Assembly: GCF_963921235.1 (NCBI RefSeq)
Contig: NC_086106.1
Location: 34,162,001-34,226,000, forward strand
Source of the DNA: Mobula hypostoma
Taxonomy: Eukaryota
Direction: 5' to 3'
DNA: 64,000 nt
Part shown: in pieces, positions 49,861 through 64,000 of the stretch
How the letters are laid out: every line of letters begins with the position of its first letter
Numbering within the stretch: the stretch's first letter is position 1
The notes under the pieces: generated by a model
The model's input: the letters and a program-made list of their open reading frames with translations, nothing else
The model's database searches: none
What the model was told of the DNA's origin: nothing
Position numbers and translations under genes: made by a program

Positions 49861-52800
49861 TTTGATAGTGTGGTAAAGAAAGCGAATCTCATGTTTGCCT
49901 TTATTAGCCAGAGATGTGTTTTCAAGCTTCAGGAAGTAAAGTTGCAGTTTGATATGTGCAGAAGTGGCTTATAAGGATTCTGTCAGAATTAGAGGTCATG
50001 TAGTATAAGGAGAGCTTGGGGAAACTAGGGTTGTTTATACTTCAGTGGCCTACGAAGGGGAGACCTGAGAGCACGTTAGAAAATTACGGGAAGCATATAA
50101 ATTGCAGGAAGCCGAAATATTTTCAACAGGATTGAAATGTGTAATACTAGAGGGCATGCATTGATGGTGAGAGGGAAATTTGAAAAGAGAGGTGCGGACC
50201 GTGTATTTACATCGAGACTGATGTGGTTTGGACTCGTCACTCGCATCCTCAGTCTTCATTTCATTATGAAATGTTATTTCTTGTTAATGGCAATCGAATG
50301 AATAAATTGGATAGACAAGGGAACCAAGATCAGAGACCATGTTTCTCAGATAGAGCCACGCCTGTTCAGTGACACCATTTGACGTGGCCGAGTATTCCTA
50401 CAAAATACTTCATTATCTCTTGAAATTAATGTGCTACCCATGTCAGGACAACAACCAAGGCGCAGAAATAAATTGAAAGCAAATTGAAATGGATATTCAT
50501 AATTTTGTCAGTCTAACAAGAGAACATATGATGGTATTGCCGTGACTTTATGCATGTGCATTCATACTGACAGCTTAGGGTGATTCTTGATTCCTGGTAC
50601 CATGTTACCATTGTCGGGATGTAAGGAGCTTGATGCTTAAAATCAGCTGATGGAGTTTTGAAATACAATTCCTCTCTTCGTTGCTCCATTCTGTTGTGAA
50701 AGAATAGCCCAACAAAACAATGTAACGTACTGAACGACCAGTAAGTGACCGTTGCGTCCTTATCTTAAGTCGCCATCCGTTATTGCCCATCTGTTGTTCA
50801 TTGAAAACCGCAGCATCTGGGGTCACGTTTGCCCCGTGCTGCTTTTAGAAGGAGGCATTCGCTTAATTTCAAGAAGTAAAACTATGAGATGAGACACTGA
50901 GTACAATTATTGACAGATAGAATAGATGGGTGGAGGCTTCAGTAGTTTTGTACAGCTGTTTCAGTGAGCGGAGCTGCCACCTGCCCTGCGCTGAAAATCA
51001 AAGCCACAAGCATATTCATTGGTGATGTTGGACGAAAGTGAACATCTGATTCCATTGAGTCTTTAACCTATGACTTTCCAATACACGTGTTTTGTACAGT
51101 GGCCTCAGAAACTCGCTAGCCTCAGAAACTCGCTTGCCTCAGAAACTCTTCAGATATGATTTTATAACCGATCACCAGTACAATTAATATATACAGATGC
51201 CCAATATTGCGTGTGCGCTTCAAGCACACGCTGATCAAAACATTAAAACTCTGTTTCTCTAAATGATTTTTGAATTAATAATGGGAAACACCAAGACAGT
51301 AGATGATATTTTAAAATATATTTTCTGTCCTATTTCGTCAGAGGTTACATTCCAGAACGAGTCAGGACGAAACTTGGAAAGAAGGAGGGAATTCAGTTCT
51401 ATTACAATCGGCAGGTTAGTAGTACTGAGCCAATTGATGGAGCACAGAATGGCAAGTCTCCGTGTTTGATAGATTTATGCAAGAGTCTGAAAAGTGGTGG
51501 CTGCTATGATGGCTTTTGACTTTCCAAACAACATTAGATTGTCGCCTGTGATTTTAGTGGATGGACCTGAAGTTCAATAATGGATTGCAATTCAATGTAT
51601 CACATATGTGGAAGGAGGTCTTCGCATTTGTTCAGCCTTTCTGATTTCTATAAGGCAAAACGACTATAAATGTTGCCCTAAGCTAATCAACCTCTCTGCT
51701 GTATTCTCAAGTCTTTGAAATGAGTCCCTGGTCCTACGGTAATTGATGGGTCAGTGGAGAAACAGATAAGCAGATTCAAGTTCCTGGGTGTCGTCATCTC
51801 GGAGGAACTAACTTGGGCCGAATACCAATGTTTCCTCTCATTTGTAATGTCCACTATTCTGAAAATTCTTGTGCTGTGCTATTGTTGGCCCAGTGACCAC
51901 AAGTGCGCACTGAATAATTTCTTCAGTGAAAACAATATAAATAATCCAGTTCTAAAATGTGTTCTAAAATCTGTAGACAAATCATCACGTACTCCACCTT
52001 ATTGACACCATTGATTCAGAAACCGGAAAAGGAAACGTCCGTGAAATATACTTAAAATGCCAACAAGATAAAGGGTAACAACCTTTTCTGTGCCGCTTAA
52101 ATTCCTTTGTACACTCATAGCAAAAGATGCGTGTGCGCGCACATACGCATACCTTACGGGAAACATTGGCCAACACATTGATGGAATCATGAATTAGGAG
52201 TTTCATAAGATTTGCGATATCACCAAATGAACTAGCAAAATTTTTCAGATGTACGGTGGAGAGTATTCAGACTGGTTGTTTCACCGCCTTGTGCAGAGGT
52301 TCCAAAATGTAGTATCAAAAGAGGTTGCAAAGGTTTGAAGGAAGACTTAGTCATCTGCTTCACCGACGTACCCATACCACCATCATGAACATTGCAACAG
52401 GCTGTGTCTCAAGAACGAGGCATCCATTATTAAGCACTCTCACCAGCCGAGATGTCCCCTCTTGTTATTGCCACCGAGGAGAAAGTATAAGAGCCTGAAC
52501 ACCCACCCTCAGCTATCATATTTCTGAATGGTCCTTGAACCTATAAATACGACCTTGCGATTCCAATTCTATGTGCTTATTTATTGCAACTTATGTTAAT
52601 GCTATATCTTGCACTGTACATTTGTTGTGACGAAACACATTCAACGACATACTGTATGTCAGTGATTATAAAACTGATTTACATTCTGATTCCAATTTCA
52701 AACAGAGTGGATTTGAAACTCATCGAACAGAGCCTTAAGTTACATGCCAGTGTGCAGAAAATATGTTGTCTGTTGCTGTCTTAGACAGACACGATAGTTT

Positions 52801-53393
52801 TACAAGACACAGTTGTAATTTATCGGAGTGATCTGAAGATGTGCTCCTGAAGTTTGGAAGAATTCAACGAAGGAGTAGTGAGAAGTCAGGGCATATATGT
52901 ACTGAGTAAGATAAAATGAAGACCTCCGATTTATAGATCAAACGTTGTAGAAAGTTAGAAAACTGATAACCAGATTCTGGTTATTGCCAAATGCTGAATC
53001 TTGCAAAAAAAATGTTAAGAAAGAAAATCAAAGGAGTTATTAAGGATACAACTGGATAACACAAAAATGACAAAAATAATGAAACCTCTTGTGCAGTTGT
53101 GAACGGCATCCAGAACCAGTGCTTAGCCTTCTGACCGAGGAAAGCTTTCATGTCCTACACTTTCTTCCACAATCTCGCTACCTGTCACAACTTTCAGGCA
53201 ACTATGCACTCAAAATGCATTACTTCGCACGTGTCTGAGATATATTCAACCTATTCATTTTTGAGATATGATCAGTTTCCCAGGAAATCTGGAGAACGAA
53301 CTTGGGTAAATGTCTTCATTTTCCATTATATGCTAATTTTCCTGTTAACCACAAGTTTACAAATCATTGGCACCGATATTCTCATCCAAGTTA

Positions 53394-54234
53394 CATTGGA
53401 CAACAAAGATATTGCTTCGTGAATACCTTTAAGCGTATCTCATGGATGTTGCGCTGCTGATGCTGCAAACCACCAGGAAATATCCCCATCGCGTACCACA
53501 AGCTCGGCAGGACTTGTTTTGGAAAAGCGATAAAAGCATCACGCACACATTACTCTATGCATTGCATTTACTTGCATATCGGTTTGCGATCACGTTGATA
53601 CGCATGCTCTATGCGCGTAGCATATTGTACGTACTCATTATGATAAAGTAATTGTACTTTCAGGAGTATTTGTGATAGCAAGATGTCTAGCCAATGTTGC
53701 AACAGCCGTGATATTTTCTGTTGTATTTGTGGTAAGTTTACGCTTAAATATCCAAGACGGAGCAGGACTCCGCTTGTTACTAAGACATATAAGCTATACT
53801 TTGGGTGCAAAGTTCGTGATCAAGACAGAGCCTTGGCTCCTCACATTTGTTGCGCAACACTCGCTGTACTTTTTAGAGCTTGGCTCAGAGGCGCTCGAAA
53901 GTCAATAGCGTTCGTTGTCTCGATGATATGGCGAGAGCAGAAAGTTCATGTGACAGACTACTACTTCTGTCTAACCAGTGTGTCTCTGCTAAAAATAAGA
54001 AATCCATTGAATACCTCATTCTCCCTTCAGCCATGTGCCGAATGACAAATGTCTTCCAGTACCGAAGCCAGCAGAGATACGGTCCAGAGAAAGCTAACGA
54101 AGCTGTCACGATGCACCCGCCAGGTATGCAAAAAGACACAGATACTGACACAGATTTTGAAACTTTTCTGTTGAGTGAGACGCATCTGATAACTCAATCT
54201 GAGTTAAATGACCTGGTCAGACACTTGGGTTTGT
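53394..54234 (+). mobile_element. Chapaev (Chapaev3-like) DNA transposon 5' relic, N-terminal zinc finger of the transposase
   Basis: FCCICG..YFGCK..DQD..APHICC..W..WRE..H.TDYYFC and ITQSELNDLVRHLGLS; candidate TIR CATTGGACAACAAA after TTA. Confidence 0.65.
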
Positions 54235-54582
54235 CAATTGATTTAGTGGGTTGAAGGCATGAAAAGATAGTGGAAGGTTATTCAGATTGGAGGTCTTTGA
54301 CTCGTGTGCCATGGGAATTGGTTATGGCTTCCCTGATGTTTCTGATATATTTTAAAAACACAGGACATTTTTTCCATTAAGCGTGTTGCTACCTCAGAAT
54401 TTTATTGTTGGTTCTGATAGACAAATTGAAGATGAATACAAACATAATTGCGTCATGCAGAAATTGGAGAAAGAAGAAGTTAACTTTTATTGTATATAAT
54501 TCCCATGGCACACGAGTCAAAGACCTCCAATCTGAATAACCTTCCACTATCTTTTCATGCCTTCAACCCACTAAATCAATTG
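54235..54582. repeat. Perfect 85-bp inverted repeat (54235-54319 / 54498-54582) with a 178-bp spacer
   Basis: Arms checked base by base as exact reverse complements; arm sequence is CR1 RT-derived. Confidence 0.95.
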
Positions 54583-54859
54583 TACATCCATTTGTCCAGA
54601 TCATACTGGATCCCATATGATGCAACCAAACTTCCGGAGCAGTCTGACTGTCCGAACCTTTACAAAACATTGCTAAATTCCGTGTTTTATCTCAATTTTA
54701 TTTAAATTTTATGTCAATAATATTGGACACGTCCTCAAAAAAACTCAGTCAAATTAGTGAGCCACAACTTTTTGCGTACAAAGCCATGTTGTACTGTTTC
54801 ATGCAGCTTCTGCCCTCCTCCTTTTCAGTCTTGATAAAGGGTCTCTGTCTGAAATTTCG

Positions 54860-56000
54860 ACTGCAACACACAAAAATTACTGGAGGAACTCAGCAAGTCA
54901 GGCAGCAGCTAGGGAAATTAATGAACAGTTGACATCTCAGGCTGAGATCATTCACCAGGACTGGAAAGGAAGAGGGAAGTTACTGAATATGAAGCTGGAG
55001 GGAGGGGAGGAGGACAATAAAAGGTGAAGGCAGCTGGGTGGGGATGGGGGATTGAGCTGAGAAGATGGGAGATGATACATGCAAAAGGGAAAGAGCTGGA
55101 GAAGAAGAATGTTTTATGGGAGAGAAGAATGAATTACGGGAGAAATGGAAGGAGGATGGTCACAATGGAAGGTAATAAGTTATTGAGAAAAAGACGGAAG
55201 AGGCCAGAGTCGGGAATTGAAAAAGAAGGAAGAGTGAAAGAAAGGATTACCAGAAATTCCAAACATCGAAGTTTATGCCATTCAGTTAAAGGCTACCAAG
55301 AGGGAGTACGTGTTGCTCTTACAACATGAGAATGGCCCCATCATGATTGAAGAGCAGACAATAGACCAAGATGTTGGAACAGAAATGGGGATCAGAATTG
55401 AAATGATTGGCCACCCAGAAACTCCTCTTTCAGCGATGCAGCTGAAGCGGTCACAAAGCAGCCCCTCAATATATTGTACATCAGATCTCAGCAATGTAGA
55501 AGAGACCACGCCCGGAGTATCGGACACATTAAACACCGATTTGCAAGTGAGGTGTTGCCTCAACTGGCCCTGAATGGAGATGATGGAGGAGGTCAATGGG
55601 CAGGTGTTCACTTCTGCCATTGGCAGCGTAAGTACCAGAGTGGAAATTGGGGGGAGGAATGAATGCACAAGGAAATCACAGAGGGAGTGATCCCTGTGGA
55701 AAGTGGGATAGGGTCGGGGAAAGTCCAGTTGTGTTTAGTGGTAGCGTCCCATTGAAGATGGCTAAAGTTGCAGAGAATGATGTGCTGAATACGAAAACTC
55801 AGGGGTGTCAGATAGGAAAAGAGGAATTACTGTCAAGGTGGCGGTAAGATAGGGTGAAAGCGGACATCTTGGAACTGAAGTACTTGTGGGTGAGAGCAGC
55901 ATCAATGGTGGAGGAATTGTCTACTGTTCGCTTCCCGCCGTAGATGCCACCTGAACTGCTGAGTTCCTTCAGTAACTTGTGTTGCATTTTCTTCTTAACT
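54860..56000 (-). mobile_element. Penelope-like element fragment (GIY-YIG and terminal repeat)
   Basis: TCPLTSSIISIQG..HLTCK motif and ggaactcagca terminal repeat. Confidence 0.7.
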
Positions 56001-59000
56001 TCCCTTTTCACCTTTCTTGAAAGCTCCATAAGCAGGGACGCAAAGCTTCCAGAGATGTCATTTTTTTTACTGTTAAGTATTATCTGAGATATTATACTTA
56101 TTGTTTCCAATGTGTCTGCTCATCTGCGCTTTTTACTATTTTCTGTAAAGGAACATAACCCATTTTTATAGAACTAATCATAATTTAATTCTGAAATACA
56201 AAACGTACAAAACAAATAAGTAGAATTGATATCAAGTTACAAAATAAATACTCTAAATGTTTTCAGAGCCTCAATTTCGGTCCTCTCCGTATAATTTCAA
56301 GCAGCTAAATATTGACAGGTGTGCAGCCATTTTGATTCTGATTATTTTCGTTGCAAAAATAAATCCTAGGGTCTGCCCCGAGGCCATATATAGCATAAAG
56401 CTTCCAAATTGTAAAGGAACTAAAACAAGGAACTGGCATTTTCGCAGGAAGTTTTTATGGCATCCATTTCAGAAAACCTCAACAATCTATTCAGAACAAG
56501 ATGTGTTATCTTGCCCTTGACAGAGAATAACATGATTCTGACAGTTATTCTATATTCCATTATGTGTTTATTTAAAGTTAGTGAACTTATAGATCTTTGG
56601 TACAATTGAGAGCATAGGAACACAGCCTAAATTTTGGCTGTTCCAACCCTTCCGAAAGCCCTTCGGTCAGAACCGGTTCTCGTGATAATTTATCTGACTT
56701 TCATGTCAGGTAAACTTGGAGGGAAGTTAGAATATACCTTTACCAAACAAACCAGATCTAAAATGTCTTCCTGGCAAATGGGTGTGATAGACTTTGATAA
56801 CAAATTGACTAATCTTTTAAGAGTGGATGAGTCCTTTTCATGGATAAGACTCGCCAATTACAGTCACAGATGATTAACAAATAGAGTTTGAAATAAGGCA
56901 TTCATTATAACCTCCAGAGAGCTAGTGTCATTTTAGTGCCCTAGATATTAATATGACAGGACAGGTGGCTGCATGGCTCCGGTGCTCAGTTACCACTCGG
57001 CCGGCTGCACACTATTTTCCTACAATATATCAGCATATTATCTAAGCTGAACATTTTTGCAAACTTTATTTCAAATCACAGGGACCTATGTGCATTACAT
57101 ACCAACAATCCTCGCTTTCTACTTACAGACTGAGCATTGCGTAAGTAAATTAATTATTGTACTAAATCTCTTCAGTATGTTTACTAACTGGGGAACTAGG
57201 TATGACTAAATTCTAGATACTAAGTCTCTGCACGTGCAAAACATTAATATGTAAATCAGTGGCAAACCCACAACATGCACAGATTTCCATATCTGCAATG
57301 AAACCGAAATACGAGCAGGAAACTGCAAGAGGTGCAAGACAGTGATAACAAGGGTAAAATCGTCATTAACTTCCTTGTGAGTAAGAATGGGAAAATAAAC
57401 AAATGATTTCAACACCATTTTTTGAGATTAGGCTGTAGTTCTGCAGATGTAATGACACAATTCAGTAACATAGTGGACAGATTTTAGAGGTGCGGAATGC
57501 AAGAATGCATTAATCTGTCAGGATTTATTCCTGTAAAGTAGAGATAAATAGACTTTCTTAATTTATACATCGAATTTAAATTATGCAGGTTTGCCCGTGA
57601 TGCGTTGTTCAGTCGTGAATACTCATTATAGAGCCGTCCTCTTCGTCAGAGAGCAGTTTCCACCCGACGCGCCATCAAAGGGATATATGCAGGGAGGTGT
57701 CATAAAACGGCCAGTAAAATCATAAAAGATCCTTCCCACCCTTTTCAGGGAGTGTCTGTCCCTCTCCCATTAGGGAGGATGAAATGTAGCATTTACACGA
57801 GGATCACCAGACCCAAAAACAGTTAGTTTCCAGAAGTAGTAAGGTCGATCAACACCTGCACCCACAAGCCAACCCTCCACTCCCCCAACAACAACTACGT
57901 TAAAATTTCCTGTCAGTCATCTTACACTCATTCAATCCTGTGCTTGGCGTCACTTTATGGATAAGATAAAATCATGTATATGATCTATCTTCCATACTTA
58001 TATTTAATATGTTATCACTATTATATTTTCTCAGCTCAAGTCGGTAAAGCCTGAGTTACGGGCATAACCAAGCATGCTCATTATTATTTCCAGCATCTGC
58101 AGAATTCCTGTTGTTTACGCTCATTATTATTATTATTACAATTTCACCTTGTTGCGTTTTTTACTGCATTGGATTCCGAATAACAATTATTTCATTCTCC
58201 TATACATTTGTGTACAGGAAGCAATATTGAACCTCGAATCCTGAATTTTGATCAAAGTCTTAATGTGTGGTGATTAGGCCTCAGCTTAGAAATCAAACTA
58301 GAACAGATATGAAAGGATATTAATTCCTTCGGTGATACGGAGTGCTAAATGAGAACATAAGCATACGTTGTGGAAATGTGGTTCTCTTCAAGACTGCTCA
58401 GTCATTCCTGAGATACTGGGTGATCTGCACTTGACTTTGCATTTTGTTGCTTGATCACCAGCATCTTTCATAGCCAGGGGTGGAACCAGCAGATGCCTGA
58501 ACTTTTCTCTAGGGATAATGGAGATTAAACAAATATTTCATGGATGTATTCGATGGTATTTGGTCATTTGATTGAAAAAAATGAAGAATCATATTTGAAA
58601 TTCTGAAGAGCTGAAGATCAGCAGGCAATAATGTTAAATATTTGACAATAAACCAATGGGAGTATTGTATTTACTCCGCGAGTTCTTATATTCTGGCAAG
58701 TGACAAGAAATTCAACAACTATTTTCAATTACTATACAGTTTGAAGTTAAATGTTCGCCAGTACAGACGAGGGGATAGGGTGCTGGTAGAAACGGCACTA
58801 TAGATTTCCAATAGGACAGATTGGCCATACAGTATGTTGACTCATTACGAATTTCTATGAATGCAATAAATCACAACATGTAAAAATAGAGTCAATAGTG
58901 ATGTGCATGAACGATATCTGTGCTTTGCTTGCACTTGGTTCAAGAGTTATTAATTTTTATTCGAAAGGAAAACAGCACCTGCAAGTATGTGGACGCTGAA

Positions 59001-60829
59001 CAATCTGGTACTTATAACCACCCCGCCACAAAATTCATCCAGAGAAATTATGATTTTTTTTTATTTATAAATCATTTGGCTAAGGTTTAGAACACAGTTT
59101 TGATGTGTCTGGAAACCATAAAACCTGGCAACTCTCAAGCTGGACACATAATCAGGTGTCATTTCACAACTCTTATTGATTACACCTGTTATTTTAATAA
59201 TGATTAAGAGTGAGCCTTGCAGTTTATAATTCGTTGAATTGCAGTTGTTCTGCTTTTCAGACACGGGACTTTCTTTAGGCATTTGTTTCAAATTGCCATT
59301 AAGAGGCACGTGTACCAGACGAGCCTGGCTGGAGGCGCAGCTACTTCAGGTCAGAGAGACATAGAATCATACAACATAGATGACGCCCTTTTGTCTACCA
59401 CATCCAATCTGACTCTTTGTCCATACAAATTAATCCTATTAACCCATATTAGGTCTATGTGCTGATACGCATTACCTTCTCAGTAATCTACAAGCCCAAT
59501 TGAGCCATTTTTGGGGCTTAGATGTATGCAATAACATTTGCTGTATCCAGTCCTTTCAGACTTTTCTTGATATGGTGTGGACTGAATCCAGTAAGCTGTA
59601 GAGTGTCTTTCCTGAAGATGGAGATACCAGGAGGAAGTGGAGATTAATCAATTGTTCAGCACTTAGGGTTAAACATGCTCACCGATGTCACAATCGTTTA
59701 CAGTTATATTATGTCCCACCATCATTGAAGATATGGATATTCTTAGAGCCTCTTCTACTGAAAATAATTTAAAATTCGTTCCTTTGTCTTTCTTATTCAA
59801 CAGCAAGATGCATGAGAAAACAAAAAAAAGGTTGTAAGAAATTACTTTATTCGAATTATATAAAGCATAATCTCTTTCTCTCCCGACTACCACCACATTC
59901 AAATCTGACAGCATTTTGTTGTAGAATCTTGCATTTTGTGTTACAGATCTTGGCATTTATCAAAGACGGGTCACATTTTATTCTTTTCTTACACTTCACT
60001 TCATGATATTTTCTAACAAAAAGCAAAATACTACTTTGCAAAAACTAAACTACAGTAAGTACAAACTTAATATCAACTGGAATATTATAATTAAAGTTCT
60101 ATATGGGTAATAAATCATACTGTATAGTTGGGACCTGATGCTACAATCGGCTAACATCTCTCTTCAGGCAGGAAGCTAAAAGAAACTGCACTACAAGCAG
60201 TACTAGTGTCACAGTTATCGAACGATTTGAAAGGATTCTAAGTTAAGGGTGTATCTGGACAATGATCTCCCAATTCCAAAACCTATTCCTAAAATCGGCA
60301 CCACACAATATTTCATTTGCTTTGACAGCGTGCGAGTTTATTCCATAGTGTGCTTAGTCAGTCGAGGTTAAACCCATTGAAGCGAGGAAAAATGTTCTGT
60401 GGAGGTACGACTTTCGAGAGCCTTTCCCGCGCATTTACATTGCATTCTCCCTGGAGCATGGTCCATGTTGTTGATCGGGTTACATCCAGCATCCTAATTT
60501 CACCTAAAATAAGCAAAGCATTTGTTTACTATTTGTCTTAAATAACTGTCATTCGATTTCTCCCTGTTTAAATACAAGGTGTTCTGCCCATTGTACTGAC
60601 AAACATTACCATCTCCATTTGAAACAGCCTCCCCATTGTAATCGAAATTATTTTGAATGTACACCCGTACTTGCCTTCCCCTGGGAAATCCTTCTATAGT
60701 GCACGCCTCTTCCTCCGGTTGCAAAGTACACTCTTGTAATTGATGACCTTTGGAAAAGGGCCTCTCATTCAGGTTGTACAGGGCTTGGAGTAGTGCAGTC
60801 AGCCACCCCTGTACGGTGGAATAGGAATA

Positions 60830-61200
60830 GGAATAGGATACGAAGGTGTATCAAAGGAGAACGTGAAGGAGGAGGGGCACCAGTGGGAGGTGAGAGGCTT
60901 AAGAAGCCAGAGAGTTGAATTGAAGAAGAGGGAAAGGAGAGCAGAAGTATCGGAATTTGGAGAAATCGATGTTCATGCCATCGGATTGGAAGCTACCTAG
61001 ATGGAATATGAGCTGTTGCTCCTTCAATTTGAGAGTGTCCTCATCAATGAAGAAGAGGTGGCCATGGACTAACAAGTCAGAACGGGAATGTGGATAAAAA
61101 ATGAATATAGATGGTCACTGGGAAATTCTGGATTGCAAATGAAGCAGAGAGACTCAAAAGTGAGGGCTCCCCAGTTCAAAGGCAAAGAACTCTGACCACG
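60830..61200 (-). mobile_element. Penelope-like GIY-YIG C-terminal fragment
   Basis: HSDLLVHG..EDTLKLKEQQLIFHLGSFQSDGMNIDFS. Confidence 0.75.
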
Positions 61201-61207
61201 CAATAAT

Positions 61208-63967
61208 ATAGAAACATAGAAACATAGAAAATAGGTGCAGGAGTAGGCTATTCGGCCCTTCGAGCCTGCACCGCCATTTATTATGATCATGGCTGATCAT
61301 CCAACTCAGAACCCCTCCCCAGCCTTCCCTCCATACCCCCTGACCCCTGTAGCCACAAGGGCCATATCTAACTCCCTCTTAAACATAGCCAATGAACTGG
61401 CCTCAACAGTTTGCTGTGGCAGAGAATACCAAAGATTCACCACTCTCTGTGTGAAGAAGTTTTTCCTAATCTCGGTCCTAAAAGGCTTCCCCTCTATCCT
61501 CAAACTGTGACCCCTCGCTCTGGACCTCCCCAACATCGGGAACAATCTTCCCGCATCTAGCCTGTCCAATCCCTTTAGGATCTTATACGTTTCAATCAGA
61601 TCCCCCCTCAATCTTCTAAATTCCAATGAGTACAAACCCAGTTCATCCAGTCTTTCTTCATATGAAAGACCTGCCATCCCAGGAATCAATCTGGTGAACC
61701 TTCTTTGTACTCCCTCTATGGCAAAGATGTCTTTCCTCAGATTAGGGGACCAAAACTGCACACAATACTCCAGGTGTGGTCTCACCAAGGCCTTGTACAG
61801 CTGCAGTAGTACCTCCCTGCTCCTGTACTCGAATCCTCTCGCTATAAATGCCAGCATACCGTTCGCCTTTTTCACCGCCTGCTGTACCTGCATGCCCACT
61901 TTCAATGACTGGTGTATAATGACACCCAGGTCTCGTTGCACCTCCCCTTTTCCTAATCGGCCACCATTCAGATAATAATCTGTTTTCCTATTTTTGCCAC
62001 CAAAGTGGATAACTTCACATTTATCCACATTAAATTGCATCTGCCATGAGTTTGCCCACTCACCCAACCTATCCAAGTCACCCTGCATCCTCTTAGCATC
62101 CTCCTCACTGCTAACACTGCCACCCAGCTTCGTGTCATCCGCAAACTTGGAGATGCTGCATTTAATTCCCTCATCCAAGTCATTAATATATATTGTAAAC
62201 AACTGGGGTCCCAGCACTGAGCCTTGCGGTACCCCACTAGTTACTGCCTGCCATTCTGAAAAGGTCCCGTTTATTCCCACACTTTGCTTCCTGTCTGCTA
62301 ACCAATTCTCCACCCACACCAATACCTTACCCCCAATACCGTGTGCTTTAAGTTTGCCCACTAATCTCCTGTGTGGGACCTTGTCAAAAGCCTTTTGAAA
62401 ATCCAAATATACCACATCCACTGGTTCTCCCCTATCCACTCTACTAGTTACATCCTCAAAAAATTCTATGAGATTCGTCAGACATGATTTTCCTTTCACA
62501 AATCCATGCTGACTTTGTCCGATCATTTCACCGCTTTCCAAATGTGCTGTTATCACATCCTTGATAACTGACTCCAGCAGTTTCCCCACCACCGACGTTA
62601 GGCTAACCAGTCTATAATTCCCTGGTTTCTCTCTCCCTCCTTTTTTTAAAAAGTGGGGTTACATTAGCCACCCTCCAATCCTCAGGAACTAGTCCAGAAT
62701 CTAATGAGTTTTGAAAAATTATCACTAATGCATCCACTATTTCTTGGGCTACTTCCTTAAGCACTCTAGGATGCAGACCATCTGGCCCTGGGGATTTATC
62801 TGCCTTCAATCCCTTCAATTTACCTAACACCACTTCCCTACTAACATGTATTTCACTCAGTTCCTCTATCTCACTGGACCCTCTGTCCCTTACTATTTCT
62901 GGAAGATTATTTATGTCCTCCTTAGTGAAGACAGAACTAAAGTAATTATTCAATTGGTCTGCCATGTCCTTGCTCCCCATGATCAATTCACCTGTTTCTG
63001 TCTGCAGGGGACCTACATTTGTCTTTACCAGTCTTTTCCTTTTTACATATCTATAAAAGCTTTTACAGTCCGTTTTTATGCTCTCTGCCAGTTTTCTCTC
63101 ATAATCTTTTTTCCCCTTCCTAATTAAGCCCTTTGTCCTCCTCTGCTGAACTCTGAATTTCTCCCAGTCCTCAGGTGAGCCACTTTCTCTGGCTAATTTG
63201 TATGCTACTTCTTTGGAATTGATACTATCCCTAATTTCTCTTGTCAGCCACGGGTGCACTACCTTCCTTGATTTATTCTTTTGCCAAACTGGGATGAACA
63301 ATTGTTGTAGTTCATCCATGCAACCTTTAAATGCTTGCCATTGCATATCCACCGTCAATTCTTTAAGTGTCATTTGCCAGTCTATCTTAGCTAATTCACG
63401 ACTCATACCTTCAGAGTTACCCCTCTTTAAGTTCAGAACCTTTGTTTCTGAATTAACTATGTCACTCTCCATCTTAATGAAGAATTCCACCATATTATGG
63501 TCACTCTTACCCAAGGGGCCTCTCACGACAAGATCGCTAATTAACCCTTCCTCATTGCTCAAAACCCAGTCCAGAATAGCCTGCTCTCTAGTTGGTTCCT
63601 CGACATGTTGGTTCAAAAAACCATCCCGCATACATTCCAAGAAATCCTCTTCCTCAGCACCTTTACCAATTTGGTTCACCCAGTCTACATGTAGATTTAA
63701 GTCACCCATTATAACTGCAGTTCCTTTATTGCACACATTTCTAATTTCCTGTTTAATACCATCTCCGACCTCACTACTACTATTAGGTGGCCTGTACACA
63801 ACTCCCACCAGCGTCTTCTACCCCTTAGTGTTACGCAGCTCTACCCATATTGATTCCACATCTTCCCGGCTTATGTCCTTCCTTTCTATTGCATTAATCT
63901 CTTTTTTAACCAGCAACGCCACCCCACCTCCCATTCCTTCATGTCTATCCCTCCTGAATATTGAATA
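61208..63967 (-). mobile_element. Young 5'-truncated CR1 LINE with near-intact ORF2 (APE+RT)
   Basis: ORFs 62612-63808 and 61306-62592 are joined by a +1 slip in an A7 run near 62641; SGVPQGSVLGP and KFADDTK motifs; (ATAGAAAC)n tail at 61208-61230. Confidence 0.95.
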
Positions 63968-64000
63968 ATCACCACTTCAACAGTTTCTAGCCGTCCTCCT

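Noticed and set aside
59930-60030. Acceptor plus TFILFL-like stretch on + strand
   Set aside because: Needs a frameshift, low complexity, no supporting exons
61694-63968. Plus-strand ORFs up to 256 aa
   Set aside because: Antisense shadows of CR1 ORF2; the same applies to ORFs opposite the HERO, Rex1 and Gypsy elements

Overview
Cartilaginous-fish (elasmobranch) genomic DNA, dominated by retroelement debris. It surrounds one minus-strand immunoglobulin new antigen receptor (IgNAR, heavy-chain-only antibody) cluster at about 32.7-43.3 kb. The octamer/TATA promoter, leader, VNAR, two D segments and J are intact, with 12/23-compatible RSSs. All three recognisable constant exons are damaged: C1 has a frameshift, C2 has two in-frame TAA stops, and C3 has a poly-C frameshift. 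I could not find C4, C5, a canonical secretory tail or TM exons in the 32 kb downstream. The flanks contain Rex1/Babar, CR1, Vingi/Ingi-like, Penelope-like and HERO-like (R2-type) non-LTR elements, Gypsy relics, two solo LTRs, tRNA-derived SINEs, a Chapaev-like transposase relic and a perfect 85-bp inverted repeat. There are two N gaps. Family assignments and comparisons with nurse shark IgNAR come from remembered motifs, not database searches. TE boundaries are approximate unless termini are quoted.
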